38,915 bases of DNA from a virus (IMGVR_UViG_2974586480_000001), one strand, 5' to 3'. Positions 9,446 through 16,885 are shown, counted from the stretch's first letter. The notes: generated by a model from the letters alone, not told the origin. Program-made: numbers and translations.

Positions 9446-9460
9446 TTTCAGTGGTTTTAT

Positions 9461-9778
9461 ATGTTTTCAGATGCATGGTTACAATGTGGTATCGACCCTT
9501 GGGATGATTATGAAGGTGAAGGTGGTGGAATCCCTCCAGACCCTCTTTATTACCACATACATTTAGAATTCAACTCCCTGAAAAGGGAAACTGAAAAAGC
9601 CTACCTTTTTGTGTATAAAGGTTTAGATGTGTGGATACCTAAAAGTTGGGTTAAAAAGCCTAACAATGATGGTAACATACTAGACTGCTATGTATGGAGG
9701 GAAGGTTTTCTCGCAAACATAGAAAGACTTAAAGGAGGTAATTTTGCCATCAAACGAAAACTATGTTCGAGATTATGA
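9461..9778 (+). CDS. Hypothetical protein (105 aa)
   Basis: ORF with ETEKAYLF..VWIPKS pattern. Confidence 0.6.
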   Translation: MFSDAWLQCGIDPWDDYEGEGGGIPPDPLYYHIHLEFNSLKRETEKAYLFVYKGLDVWIPKSWVKKPNNDGNILDCYVWREGFLANIERLKGGNFAIKRKLCSRL

Positions 9779-10082
9779 GCAGGAGCGGAAGACTGCAATT
9801 AAGCGTGGTGAAACTGGTGTAGGTAGTAAATCGAAAGATGCCAAACGCCACAGAGCCCGTAGAATTGTAGAAAAACGTCTTGGTCGTAAACTCCGACCTG
9901 ACGAGCATGTAGATCATAAGAAGCCTTTGAAAGAAGGTGGATCAAATCACAGTTCAAATCTAGCAGTAAGGCCTGCAAGTTCCAATACATCTGCCGGTGG
10001 TAAGATGGGGAGTAAAGCTGGTAAAGCTGCTGGTGCTCGTAAGGGCCACAAATCCAGACTACCTGTGAAGAAACCTTCATGA
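9744..10082 (+). CDS. HNH endonuclease-family protein
   Basis: HVDHKKPLKEGGSNHSSNL..SSN HNH motif. Strong SD AAAGGAGG before a TTG start. Confidence 0.75.
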   Translation: MPSNENYVRDYEQERKTAIKRGETGVGSKSKDAKRHRARRIVEKRLGRKLRPDEHVDHKKPLKEGGSNHSSNLAVRPASSNTSAGGKMGSKAGKAAGARKGHKSRLPVKKPS

Positions 10083-10108
10083 TCAGGGAAGAGGATTGGT
10101 TTTAATCT

Positions 10109-10137
10109 AAAGGGTGCCTAGTGCGCCCTTTCTTTTT
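10109..10137 (+). terminator. Probable intrinsic terminator
   Basis: AGGGTGC-CTAGT-GCGCCCT hairpin followed by TTCTTTTT. Confidence 0.7.
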
Positions 10138-10147
10138 AGGTGATGTT

Positions 10148-10321
10148 ATGGAATGGTTTGGTTTAATCTCTAATGGCAACCTCTTAATGACAGAGGATGA
10201 ATATGAGTGCATTCGAGCCTGCATCTATCCATCTTATGAAGATGCAGTTAATGGTTTAAACTCCTTGACTGAAAAACAAGGTGTTCGTGTTCTGCCAATG
10301 AGTGTTGGTATTCTCCACTGA
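10148..10321 (+). CDS. Hypothetical protein (57 aa)
   Basis: Small ORF in a tightly packed + strand run; AGGT upstream. Confidence 0.5.
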   Translation: MEWFGLISNGNLLMTEDEYECIRACIYPSYEDAVNGLNSLTEKQGVRVLPMSVGILH

Positions 10322-10330
10322 GGATTGAAA

Positions 10331-10519
10331 ATGGCATACGCTGAAGTTCGTGGTTGTATTGAAGTCATGATTGACGGTCAACCATGTGTTGAAGAAGCTC
10401 CTATGGAGTTTGCAGATTTTTACGGGCTTTATGTCCAAGATGACCGTGGGATTATGATCTGGCATTCAGATTACCCCACAGAAGAGAAAGCTTTGAAAGC
10501 TAAAGAGGATTTTGTATGA
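10331..10519 (+). CDS. Hypothetical protein
   Basis: SD GAGGA upstream; packed ORF. Confidence 0.55.
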   Translation: MAYAEVRGCIEVMIDGQPCVEEAPMEFADFYGLYVQDDRGIMIWHSDYPTEEKALKAKEDFV

Positions 10520-10743
10520 AGAAGCATTTTTGGAAAGTAAGAACATTTCATAAAGACAACCCTGATGTACCTATTGATCTTACAGCAGGTACTCGTAAAG
10601 AGGCACGACTTCTGAAATTTCATATGAAGTCCTTGATCTTTATGCAGAATGTGAAAATGTATAAAGTAATCCCTTTTATCTACCCAAACCCACTGTCTAA
10701 CCAACCACCGTTGCAATGTGAATATCTACAAGAGGTTCGATAA
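10516..10743 (+). CDS. Hypothetical protein (75 aa)
   Basis: ATGA overlap with the previous stop. Confidence 0.55.
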   Translation: MKKHFWKVRTFHKDNPDVPIDLTAGTRKEARLLKFHMKSLIFMQNVKMYKVIPFIYPNPLSNQPPLQCEYLQEVR

Positions 10744-10748
10744 TTAGT

Positions 10749-11036
10749 ATGCTTTCGATAGATCAATTTAAGAAGATAATGAAATCTTCTGACTACCTTG
10801 ATGAGGAGTTGATTGATGTTGATGACCACGGTTGGTCATTTATGAAATTTATCATTGAGATAGATCAATTCTGTATTGATAAGTTTGAAGTAGATAAAAA
10901 CCTATTGGGTACATTTTGGGCATGTGAAGTTTCAACAGAGCCAGAGTGGGGTATTCAATGGGAGACTTGCTATACAAAACCTTATCAAGTAGAAAAGAAA
11001 GAAGTTGTAAAAACTGAATGGAGGGCTGTGGTTTAA
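10749..11036 (+). CDS. Hypothetical protein (95 aa)
   Basis: Packed ORF coupled to thyX. Confidence 0.6.
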   Translation: MLSIDQFKKIMKSSDYLDEELIDVDDHGWSFMKFIIEIDQFCIDKFEVDKNLLGTFWACEVSTEPEWGIQWETCYTKPYQVEKKEVVKTEWRAVV

Positions 11037-11764
11037 TGAAAGGTATTTCTATCAAACTTGTTGATCAGATGGGGGATGACTTCCGAGTGTTTGAGGCCGC
11101 TAAGGCTACACTTGGTGGTGAAGGTGAGAGTCAGTTTTCACGAGAAGACACTAATCCGACTCGCCTGATACGATTCCTTGCAAAAGAGCGTCATGTGACT
11201 CCATTCCGTCACCCGCAAGTCACCTTTGAATGCGAAGCACCTATTGCTATTGCCCGTCAACTTGGTAAACATCAAGCTGGATTCTCTTGGAACGAACGGT
11301 CTATGCGCTATCGGGATAGTGTGATTGATGTGTTTACACCGGAGATGTTCCGTGGACGACCAGATAAGCTACATGATGGGTCTACGGACGAAGATGTAAA
11401 GAATGTGATGACTGACTACAAAGTAACATACTGGTCTTCTACGGATGGTCATTACGAAGAGTATCTAAAAATCTCTGATGTTTTTGATGACATCATTGAG
11501 AAGGCTTTGGATGCCTATGAGTGTATGGTAAAAGCTGGACTTGCACCTGAGCAGGCTAGATTTATCTTACCACAAGGGATGATTACTCGTTGGATGTGGA
11601 CTGGTTCATTGTGGGGCTGGTTTGAGGTGTATCGTCAACGCTCCAGTGAACATGCTCAATCTGAAGTTCGTGAATTTGCACGATTGCTGGATGAGCAGAT
11701 GAGTGTTTTGTTTCCTATAGCTTGGTCTGAGTTGAAGGGTACAATCAAACAAGAGGGTTCTTAA
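11036..11764 (+). CDS. thyX: FAD-dependent thymidylate synthase
   Basis: HVTPFRH, ARQLGKHQ..SWNERSMRY, APEQARFILP, HAQSEVR. Confidence 0.93.
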   Translation: MKGISIKLVDQMGDDFRVFEAAKATLGGEGESQFSREDTNPTRLIRFLAKERHVTPFRHPQVTFECEAPIAIARQLGKHQAGFSWNERSMRYRDSVIDVFTPEMFRGRPDKLHDGSTDEDVKNVMTDYKVTYWSSTDGHYEEYLKISDVFDDIIEKALDAYECMVKAGLAPEQARFILPQGMITRWMWTGSLWGWFEVYRQRSSEHAQSEVREFARLLDEQMSVLFPIAWSELKGTIKQEGS

Positions 11765-12021
11765 TGCAGGGTTTTCAAGTGATTAATGGTGAACATAAAG
11801 GAACCATTCTAATAAGTAAGGACTCTGATACCCTCTCGGTGTTTATGTCCGATCAACTTAGTGCTAGGACTACGTTTGGAACAGATTATTTAGCTATAAA
11901 TCAGTTTAAAACTGTACCAATTACCGGTAGTAATACCCACATTGTACTGAACCTAGTAGAGGTTTTGGAGTCAATGAAAAACCCTGACAAGTTCCCTATG
12001 TTAACTCTGAAATTAGGATAA
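11764..12021 (+). CDS. Hypothetical protein (85 aa)
   Basis: Coupled ORF between thyX and the polymerase. Confidence 0.55.
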   Translation: MQGFQVINGEHKGTILISKDSDTLSVFMSDQLSARTTFGTDYLAINQFKTVPITGSNTHIVLNLVEVLESMKNPDKFPMLTLKLG

Positions 12022-12024
12022 GCA

Positions 12025-13830
12025 ATGAAAGATTCCGTGTGGACTAACCCTTTTCTATTAGAGATGAGTATTGCTGATATCATCTCACAACAAGCCAAAC
12101 TTGGTGTAAATTTTAAGAAGCGTGATGCTGCATGGAACGTTTATCTGTTATCTGAGAAGATTGCAAAAATAGATAAAGTTCTTGTGCCTCTGCTTCCTAA
12201 AATGCTTAACACTGGGTCGGAGTACAAGAAACCTTTTCTAATAAGTGGTAAACTTGCCAAATATCCTGGAATTTACGCCGAAACTGTTGGACTGTCTCGT
12301 GAAGAAATAGGTGGCCCTTTTACAGCTGTGTGGTATACACCTTTTGACACGGGTAAATCAGCTCGTGTAAAATTGTACATGTTGGATAACGGATGGGTTC
12401 CAACTGAATGGAACACCAAAAAGATGCCTATGAAGATCTGGACGTACAGAAAACGTCTAGAAAGACAGGGTTTTAACAAGTTCATGGAAATGTGCCCTCC
12501 TGATGAACGTGAATATTACAACACGTTGCTGAATGGTTACATTGATACACATTTCCGTAACAAATCCGTAAACTACATGAGGGCCTACCTTTCAGGATTG
12601 GGGTTTCCTCGTGGAGGTAAACCACCTACCTTTGCACAAATAAAGAAAAAACTCCTGCTTAGTCAATTCTGGATCTCTTCTCCAAAGATTACAGAAGATT
12701 CTTTTGAATCAGTTGATGAAAATGCTGGTTTAGCTCTCCATCTTCTGAAAGAGCGTATGGTTTGGTCACACCGAAGATCACTGATTGAAGGTTTGATAAA
12801 GCAGATACGTGATGACGGACATTTGGAAGGTCAAGCTAACCCATGTGCAACACCAACAGCTCGTATGAGACACCGTGTTGTTGTTAACATACCAGCTTCA
12901 GGAGCACCTTTTGGTAAAGAATGTCGTTCAATGTTTGTTGGTTATGAGGATAAGACAGTCTTAAAACCAACTATAATTAAGAAAGCTATTGACAAAGAGT
13001 TCATAATCCCAGACAGGAATCTGTATTGGGAAATGGATGGTGATAAGAAGGTCTATCACACGTATCGGGATTACATACCAGCGGGCAGACAGGTATTTGT
13101 TGGTTATGATGGAGCAGGTCTGGAACTTCGGATGCTTTGTCATTTCATGATAAAAGAGTGTCAAGACATGCTGGAAGAGGCCAATGCTGTTTGTGATGCT
13201 GAAAAGGCGAAGCGAGCACAATCTGGTCTTGACTCTGCTTTGCTATACCGTCAAGTTTTGTTGGAGGGTGACATACACTCACACAACCAGAAACTCGCTG
13301 GTCTACCAACCCGAAAAGCAGCAAAGTCATTTATCTATGGGTTTAACTACGGTGCCGGTGATGCCAAACTTGGTGAACTGGTTAATGGTGGTAAAGAAGA
13401 AGGTGCTAAGATTCGAGAAACCTTCTTACGTGAAAACCCTTGTATAGCGATTTTGATTGAACGTATGCAAGCTAAGGGTAGAGCTGGATACCTGATTGGT
13501 CTTGATGGTCGTCATTTGTACCTACGTACTGATGAAGATGGAACACCACAGGTTCATAAAGCACTGAACTTACTTCTTCAATCTGCTGGTGCCATTGTTA
13601 TGAAATATGCAATGTGCTTCCTTCGTAATGATGTTAAACGTAGTGGTATTCGTGCCACGAAAGTTCTTGATATACATGATGAAGGTCAGTGGTCTTGCCA
13701 TCCAGATGATATGCAAGAGTTGATGGAGTATATGGGTAATTGTGTAAGACGTGCAGGTGAATACCTTAATATGAAATGTCCATTGGCCTCTGATGCAATG
13801 TCTGGAAGCTCTTGGTATGCCACGCACTAA
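12025..13830 (+). CDS. Family A DNA polymerase, polymerisation domain only (T7 gp5-like)
   Basis: Motif A GYDGAGLELR, motif B RKAAKSFIYGFNYG, motif C IHDE, LNLLLQSAGA. No N-terminal exonuclease motifs. Confidence 0.95.
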   Translation: MKDSVWTNPFLLEMSIADIISQQAKLGVNFKKRDAAWNVYLLSEKIAKIDKVLVPLLPKMLNTGSEYKKPFLISGKLAKYPGIYAETVGLSREEIGGPFTAVWYTPFDTGKSARVKLYMLDNGWVPTEWNTKKMPMKIWTYRKRLERQGFNKFMEMCPPDEREYYNTLLNGYIDTHFRNKSVNYMRAYLSGLGFPRGGKPPTFAQIKKKLLLSQFWISSPKITEDSFESVDENAGLALHLLKERMVWSHRRSLIEGLIKQIRDDGHLEGQANPCATPTARMRHRVVVNIPASGAPFGKECRSMFVGYEDKTVLKPTIIKKAIDKEFIIPDRNLYWEMDGDKKVYHTYRDYIPAGRQVFVGYDGAGLELRMLCHFMIKECQDMLEEANAVCDAEKAKRAQSGLDSALLYRQVLLEGDIHSHNQKLAGLPTRKAAKSFIYGFNYGAGDAKLGELVNGGKEEGAKIRETFLRENPCIAILIERMQAKGRAGYLIGLDGRHLYLRTDEDGTPQVHKALNLLLQSAGAIVMKYAMCFLRNDVKRSGIRATKVLDIHDEGQWSCHPDDMQELMEYMGNCVRRAGEYLNMKCPLASDAMSGSSWYATH

Positions 13831-13840
13831 TGAGGTTCGT

Positions 13841-14161
13841 ATGAGCTCGAATATCTTGATAAATAGTGGGTATCATTCTACTAACTATTCCTACAACACT
13901 TGGTCTTGTATTCAAGTAGGGGCTAAAATCCCTACTTCACATTGGGAGGGTCAGGCCTTTTTTAAGATACCTGATACCACCAATGAATATACCTATGGAC
14001 TTCGGATGGTAGAACTTTTCTCAGAAGCATCTATAAAGCTGAAGAATGAATATGGAAAAGATTTATCGTCTGGTAATAAGATCGTTACTTTTGACAGGCG
14101 AAGGATTGGCTCAGATTCATGGGCTATTACGATGACTGTAAAAGAATACGATTTATTGTGA
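13841..14161 (+). CDS. Hypothetical protein
   Basis: SD GAGGT before ATG 13841. Confidence 0.55.
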   Translation: MSSNILINSGYHSTNYSYNTWSCIQVGAKIPTSHWEGQAFFKIPDTTNEYTYGLRMVELFSEASIKLKNEYGKDLSSGNKIVTFDRRRIGSDSWAITMTVKEYDLL

Positions 14162-14188
14162 AACGTAAACCATTTATGAGAAGTTTAT

Positions 14189-14428
14189 ATGAATAAATAT
14201 CCCTATGTTATTTTTGATTGCGGTGATGGTTCTGCCGGTATTTTGTATTTTGAAACAGCAGAGCTGGCAGATCTATACTACGAACTAAACGATGAGTGCG
14301 ATTGTATGGATTATATTTTGGATGACGGTACACTTGAGGTGGAGGGTACATTACCAACCAAACGGTTGATGACGGAGTCTCAGATTCGAGAGCGTTTTGC
14401 CAATTATGAGGAAGATGAGTATGAGTAA
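14189..14428 (+). CDS. Hypothetical acidic protein (79 aa)
   Basis: Packed ORF. Confidence 0.55.
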   Translation: MNKYPYVIFDCGDGSAGILYFETAELADLYYELNDECDCMDYILDDGTLEVEGTLPTKRLMTESQIRERFANYEEDEYE

Positions 14429-14588
14429 TCATTATGATGACTATTACCCATCCGCAGATGATATTGCAAAAGCTCGTAAACAAGAGGATGAACGAAAGAT
14501 CTCCAATATAATGAACCATTTTAAGGTAACACGAGCTAAGGCTGTAAAGATGCAGAAGGATTTCAACGTTCTTTTCTACAACAGGTGA
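14421..14588 (+). CDS. Hypothetical protein
   Basis: Overlapping start with GAGGA upstream. Confidence 0.5.
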   Translation: MSNHYDDYYPSADDIAKARKQEDERKISNIMNHFKVTRAKAVKMQKDFNVLFYNR

Positions 14589-14700
14589 TTTATGTCAATG
14601 CTATTCAGTTCTCGTGATAAGTTTGAAGAACCATCAGATGAACCCATCAGTTTAGCGGAATCCATGAGGAGACGCTGGAAGGAGTACGAAGATGGGAGTG

Positions 14701-14835
14701 ATGAAGCAGATTTTTGAATGTCCTCAGTGTGAAGAAGTAATGAGGGTTAGGAGGGGTTACTTAGAGTGCCCCTATTGTTTAAAAAGAATATATCGTGAAG
14801 AGGATTTTGATGACTTCGATAGTGAATTTAATTGA
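14701..14835 (+). CDS. Small Zn-ribbon protein (44 aa, not in ORF track)
   Basis: Manual translation MKQIFECPQCEE..LECPYCLKR with an acidic tail; GGGAG upstream. Confidence 0.55.
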   Translation: MKQIFECPQCEEVMRVRRGYLECPYCLKRIYREEDFDDFDSEFN

Positions 14836-15271
14836 GCTTGAAGAAGGTTGGCGTGAAAAGCCATACTTCTGTACAGAGGGGTATCCTACAATTGGGTTTG
14901 GCTTTAAAATTGGGCCAAAGGGTGCACCGTTAAGTAATTATCAATTTAAAATATCAAAGGCTGTTGGTGCTGTATGGTTGAATGAACTTGTTGATGAGTT
15001 TGTTAAGGATATGGAAAAGTATCAACACATCGCCGATGCACTTAAAGCTTGTAATGATGCTCGTAAAGCAGTTCTTATATCTATGGCTTATCAAATGGGT
15101 GTTGATGGTCTCGCAGCTTTTAAGAATACTCTGAGAGCTGTATCTGAAAGCCGTTGGGCAGATGCTAAATCTGGTATGTTAAACAGCAAATGGGCGAAAC
15201 AGACACCTGAACGTGCTAATCGTCATGCCAATCAAATGCTTACTGGTGAATGGGATAAGGTATATCTATGA
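14810..15271 (+). CDS. Endolysin, T4-lysozyme-like muramidase
   Basis: E-X8-C-X5-T triad (EEGWREKPYFCTEGYPTIG), MAYQMG, SKWAKQTPERA. Confidence 0.88.
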   Translation: MTSIVNLIELEEGWREKPYFCTEGYPTIGFGFKIGPKGAPLSNYQFKISKAVGAVWLNELVDEFVKDMEKYQHIADALKACNDARKAVLISMAYQMGVDGLAAFKNTLRAVSESRWADAKSGMLNSKWAKQTPERANRHANQMLTGEWDKVYL

Positions 15272-15462
15272 TGGAAAAAGCTTCTAAATTGTTCTACTGG
15301 CTAGTTATGCTGATTAACGTCGCACTGGTAATTGCGGTGGTGTACAGTTTTTTCAACCCTACCCTGATACCTCAAACAGTCGTATTACTGATACTGTCGT
15401 TCACACTGAATGAGTTCTTAGTGGAACGTCGTCTTCAAAAACTTGAAGAAAAGTTGAAATAA
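15268..15462 (+). CDS. Two-TM membrane protein, possible holin
   Basis: Two hydrophobic helices and a charged C-tail, directly after the endolysin. Holin function is inferred from position only. Confidence 0.4.
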   Translation: MMEKASKLFYWLVMLINVALVIAVVYSFFNPTLIPQTVVLLILSFTLNEFLVERRLQKLEEKLK

Positions 15463-15492
15463 TATGTAAGGTATCCTGGGTATCCTGACTAT

Positions 15493-15503
15493 TATAATGT
15501 ACA
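15493..15503 (+). promoter_or_regulatory. Candidate promoter for the tRNA array
   Basis: TATAAT at 15493-15498 overlapping TAATGTACA at 15495-15503. No consensus -35; preceded by tandem GGTATCCTG x2. Confidence 0.4.
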
Positions 15504-15606
15504 AGCAGAAAACGTCGCGTTGCATCGACGAATAGCCCCGTAAGGGCGTAGTGACACATACTACAGTTGTGTGGCAGTAGGAGAGACTACACTAGATTTC
15601 TTAGGT

Positions 15607-16075
15607 GTGACAGTAACTCAGTTGGTAGAGTCCCAGATTGTGATTCTGGTTTGCGCGAGTTCAAGGATGAGTATGAATATTAATAAAATAAAAGAAGAGC
15701 AGTTAAGAATGAACCCTGGGACTGCAAGTTATAGATTAGTAAAAGATGTATTATTTAAGTTTATATGTGACACAGGTAATAACAAATGCTACCATTGTGG
15801 TGAAGAAATGTCTCGTGAAGATTATTCAATAGAGCACAAAACACCTTGGCTTCATAGTGAAAACCCTGTTGATTTATTCTTTGATTTAGATAATATTTCT
15901 TTTAGCCACATGGGGTGTAATAGGAAAGCTGCTAGGAAAGCAGAAAAGCCTATAATTCATGGAGGTGTAAGGGGTTGGAGAAGAGGTTGTCGTTGTGAAA
16001 AATGCTTAGAAGCAAAAGCTGCTGAAAAGAGAGCTTATTCACAAAAGAAAAAGGCAACCCTCGTCTGTCACCCCT
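15607..16075 (+). tRNA. tRNA-His(GTG) interrupted in the T-loop by a 393-nt HNH-encoding insert
   Basis: 5' part 15607-15664: GTGACAG, D-arm, CCAGA-TTGTGAT-TCTGG, GCGAG-TTCAA. 3' part 16058-16074: CC-CTCGT-CTGTCAC-C-CC. Acceptor and T stems pair across the insert. Confidence 0.85.
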
Positions 16076-16077
16076 AA
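15667..16077 (+). CDS. HNH endonuclease inserted in tRNA-His
   Basis: CYHCG..SIEHKTPW..NISFSHMGCN HNH/Zn motif and C-terminal HG..GCRCEKC. ATG at 15667 or 15673; the last codons read through the tRNA 3' half. Confidence 0.8.
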   Translation: MSMNINKIKEEQLRMNPGTASYRLVKDVLFKFICDTGNNKCYHCGEEMSREDYSIEHKTPWLHSENPVDLFFDLDNISFSHMGCNRKAARKAEKPIIHGGVRGWRRGCRCEKCLEAKAAEKRAYSQKKKATLVCHP

Positions 16078-16087
16078 GAAATTTAAT

Positions 16088-16120
16088 GATGATGTAGCTC
16101 AGTTGGTTAGAGCAAAGAAT
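16088..16120 (+). pseudogene. Orphan tRNA 5' half (acceptor strand plus D-arm)
   Basis: GATGATG-TA-GCTC-AGTTGGTTA-GAGC-A then breaks off; no matching 3' half in the array. Confidence 0.65.
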
Positions 16121-16125
16121 AATTT

Positions 16126-16201
16126 GGGTGAGAAGCACATATGGATGTGCGGCAGACTGTTAATCTGATGGTAGAGAGTTCGAGCCTCTCCTTGCCCGCC
16201 A
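16126..16201 (+). tRNA. tRNA-Asn(GTT)
   Basis: GGGTGAG/CTTGCCC acceptor, CT-GTT-AA loop, TTCGAGC T-loop, CCA. Confidence 0.9.
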
Positions 16202-16216
16202 ATTTGAAGGTAATGA

Positions 16217-16527
16217 ATGTTCTGTAATAAACATGGAAAGATTACCCCAACAAAATCTGGCCGTTGTGGATCTTGTATGGTAGAGGCTGTTAAAAGCGTA
16301 GATACAAAATAAAACAGATGGCTGTGGATTATAAAGGTGGTAAATGTGAAAAGTGCGGGTATGATAAGTTCATAGGAGCTTTAGAATTCCACCACTTAAA
16401 CCCTGAACAAAAAGACTTTAGTTTAGGCGATAAGGGTTATACTCGTTCTTGGGATAAAATTAAAGATGAATTGGACAAATGCATTATGGTTTGTTCGAAT
16501 TGTCATAAAGAAATACATTATAGTTAA
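16217..16527 (+). pseudogene. HNH endonuclease with a one-base frameshift near 16292-16295
   Basis: Frame 1 gives MFCNKHGK..RCGSCMVEAVK with stop at 16310-16312. The -1 frame continues KRRYKIKQMAVDYKGGKCEKCGY..LEFHH..VCSNCHKEIH. Confidence 0.7.
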
Positions 16528-16530
16528 AAT

Positions 16531-16604
16531 GCATCTATCGTATAATGGTATTATTGAGGTCTTCCAAACCTACGATGTCAGTTCGATTCTGACTAGATGC
16601 TCCA
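16531..16604 (+). tRNA. tRNA-Gly(TCC)
   Basis: GCATCTA/TAGATGC, CT-TCC-AA, TTCGATT, T73-CCA. Confidence 0.93.
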
Positions 16605-16611
16605 ATTTATT

Positions 16612-16686
16612 CTCAGTGTAGGCAAGTGGTATGTCGTCTGGTTTGGGGCCAGAAAGTCGAGTGTTCGATTCACTCCACTGAGACCA
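16612..16686 (+). tRNA. tRNA-Pro(TGG)
   Basis: CTCAGTG/CACTGAG, TCTGG-TTTGGGG-CCAGA, CCA. Confidence 0.92.
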
Positions 16687-16690
16687 ATTT

Positions 16691-16796
16691 CGAGTAGAGC
16701 GATTCTTATTAAGTGATGCAGTGTATCAGACCCAAGATTCCAATCTTACTGCGCTTGAATTTAATAAGGAAGGGGCTATCAACCCCCTACTCACCT
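16691..16796 (+). ncRNA. Structured non-tRNA element with tRNA-like acceptor/T-arm end
   Basis: GAGTAG/CTACTC terminal stem, 12-bp and 7-bp internal helices, GGGG-CTATCAA-CCCC arm, 3' ACC. Confidence 0.55.
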
Positions 16797-16801
16797 ATTT
16801 T

Positions 16802-16877
16802 GGTTCCATCGTTTATATGGATAAGATACCTCCCTGTCACGGAGGAGTACCGGGTTCGATGCCCGGTGGAACCGCCA
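16802..16877 (+). tRNA. tRNA-Asp(GTC)
   Basis: GGTTCCA/TGGAACC, CT-GTC-AC, G73-CCA. Confidence 0.93.
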
Positions 16878-16885
16878 ATTTAAAA

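Noticed and set aside
15484-15515. Hammerhead-like CTGA...GAAA words upstream of the array
   Set aside because: CTGACTA does not match CUGANGA and the required stems are absent.
15571-15666. Upstream GTG start making the HNH ORF 168 aa
   Set aside because: The extension runs through the tRNA-His 5' half and encodes nothing HNH-like; ATG 15667 or 15673 with AAGGA upstream is more plausible.
15665-16057. Group I or group II intron explanation for the tRNA-His insert
   Set aside because: The insert is almost entirely coding. I could not find a P7-type core, a terminal G at the most parsimonious junction, or a domain V. It needs an Infernal search to exclude formally.
16288-16298. Programmed -1 frameshift in the second HNH
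   Set aside because: GTT AAA AGC is not a canonical slippery heptamer and no obvious downstream stimulator was seen; mutation or sequencing error is simpler.
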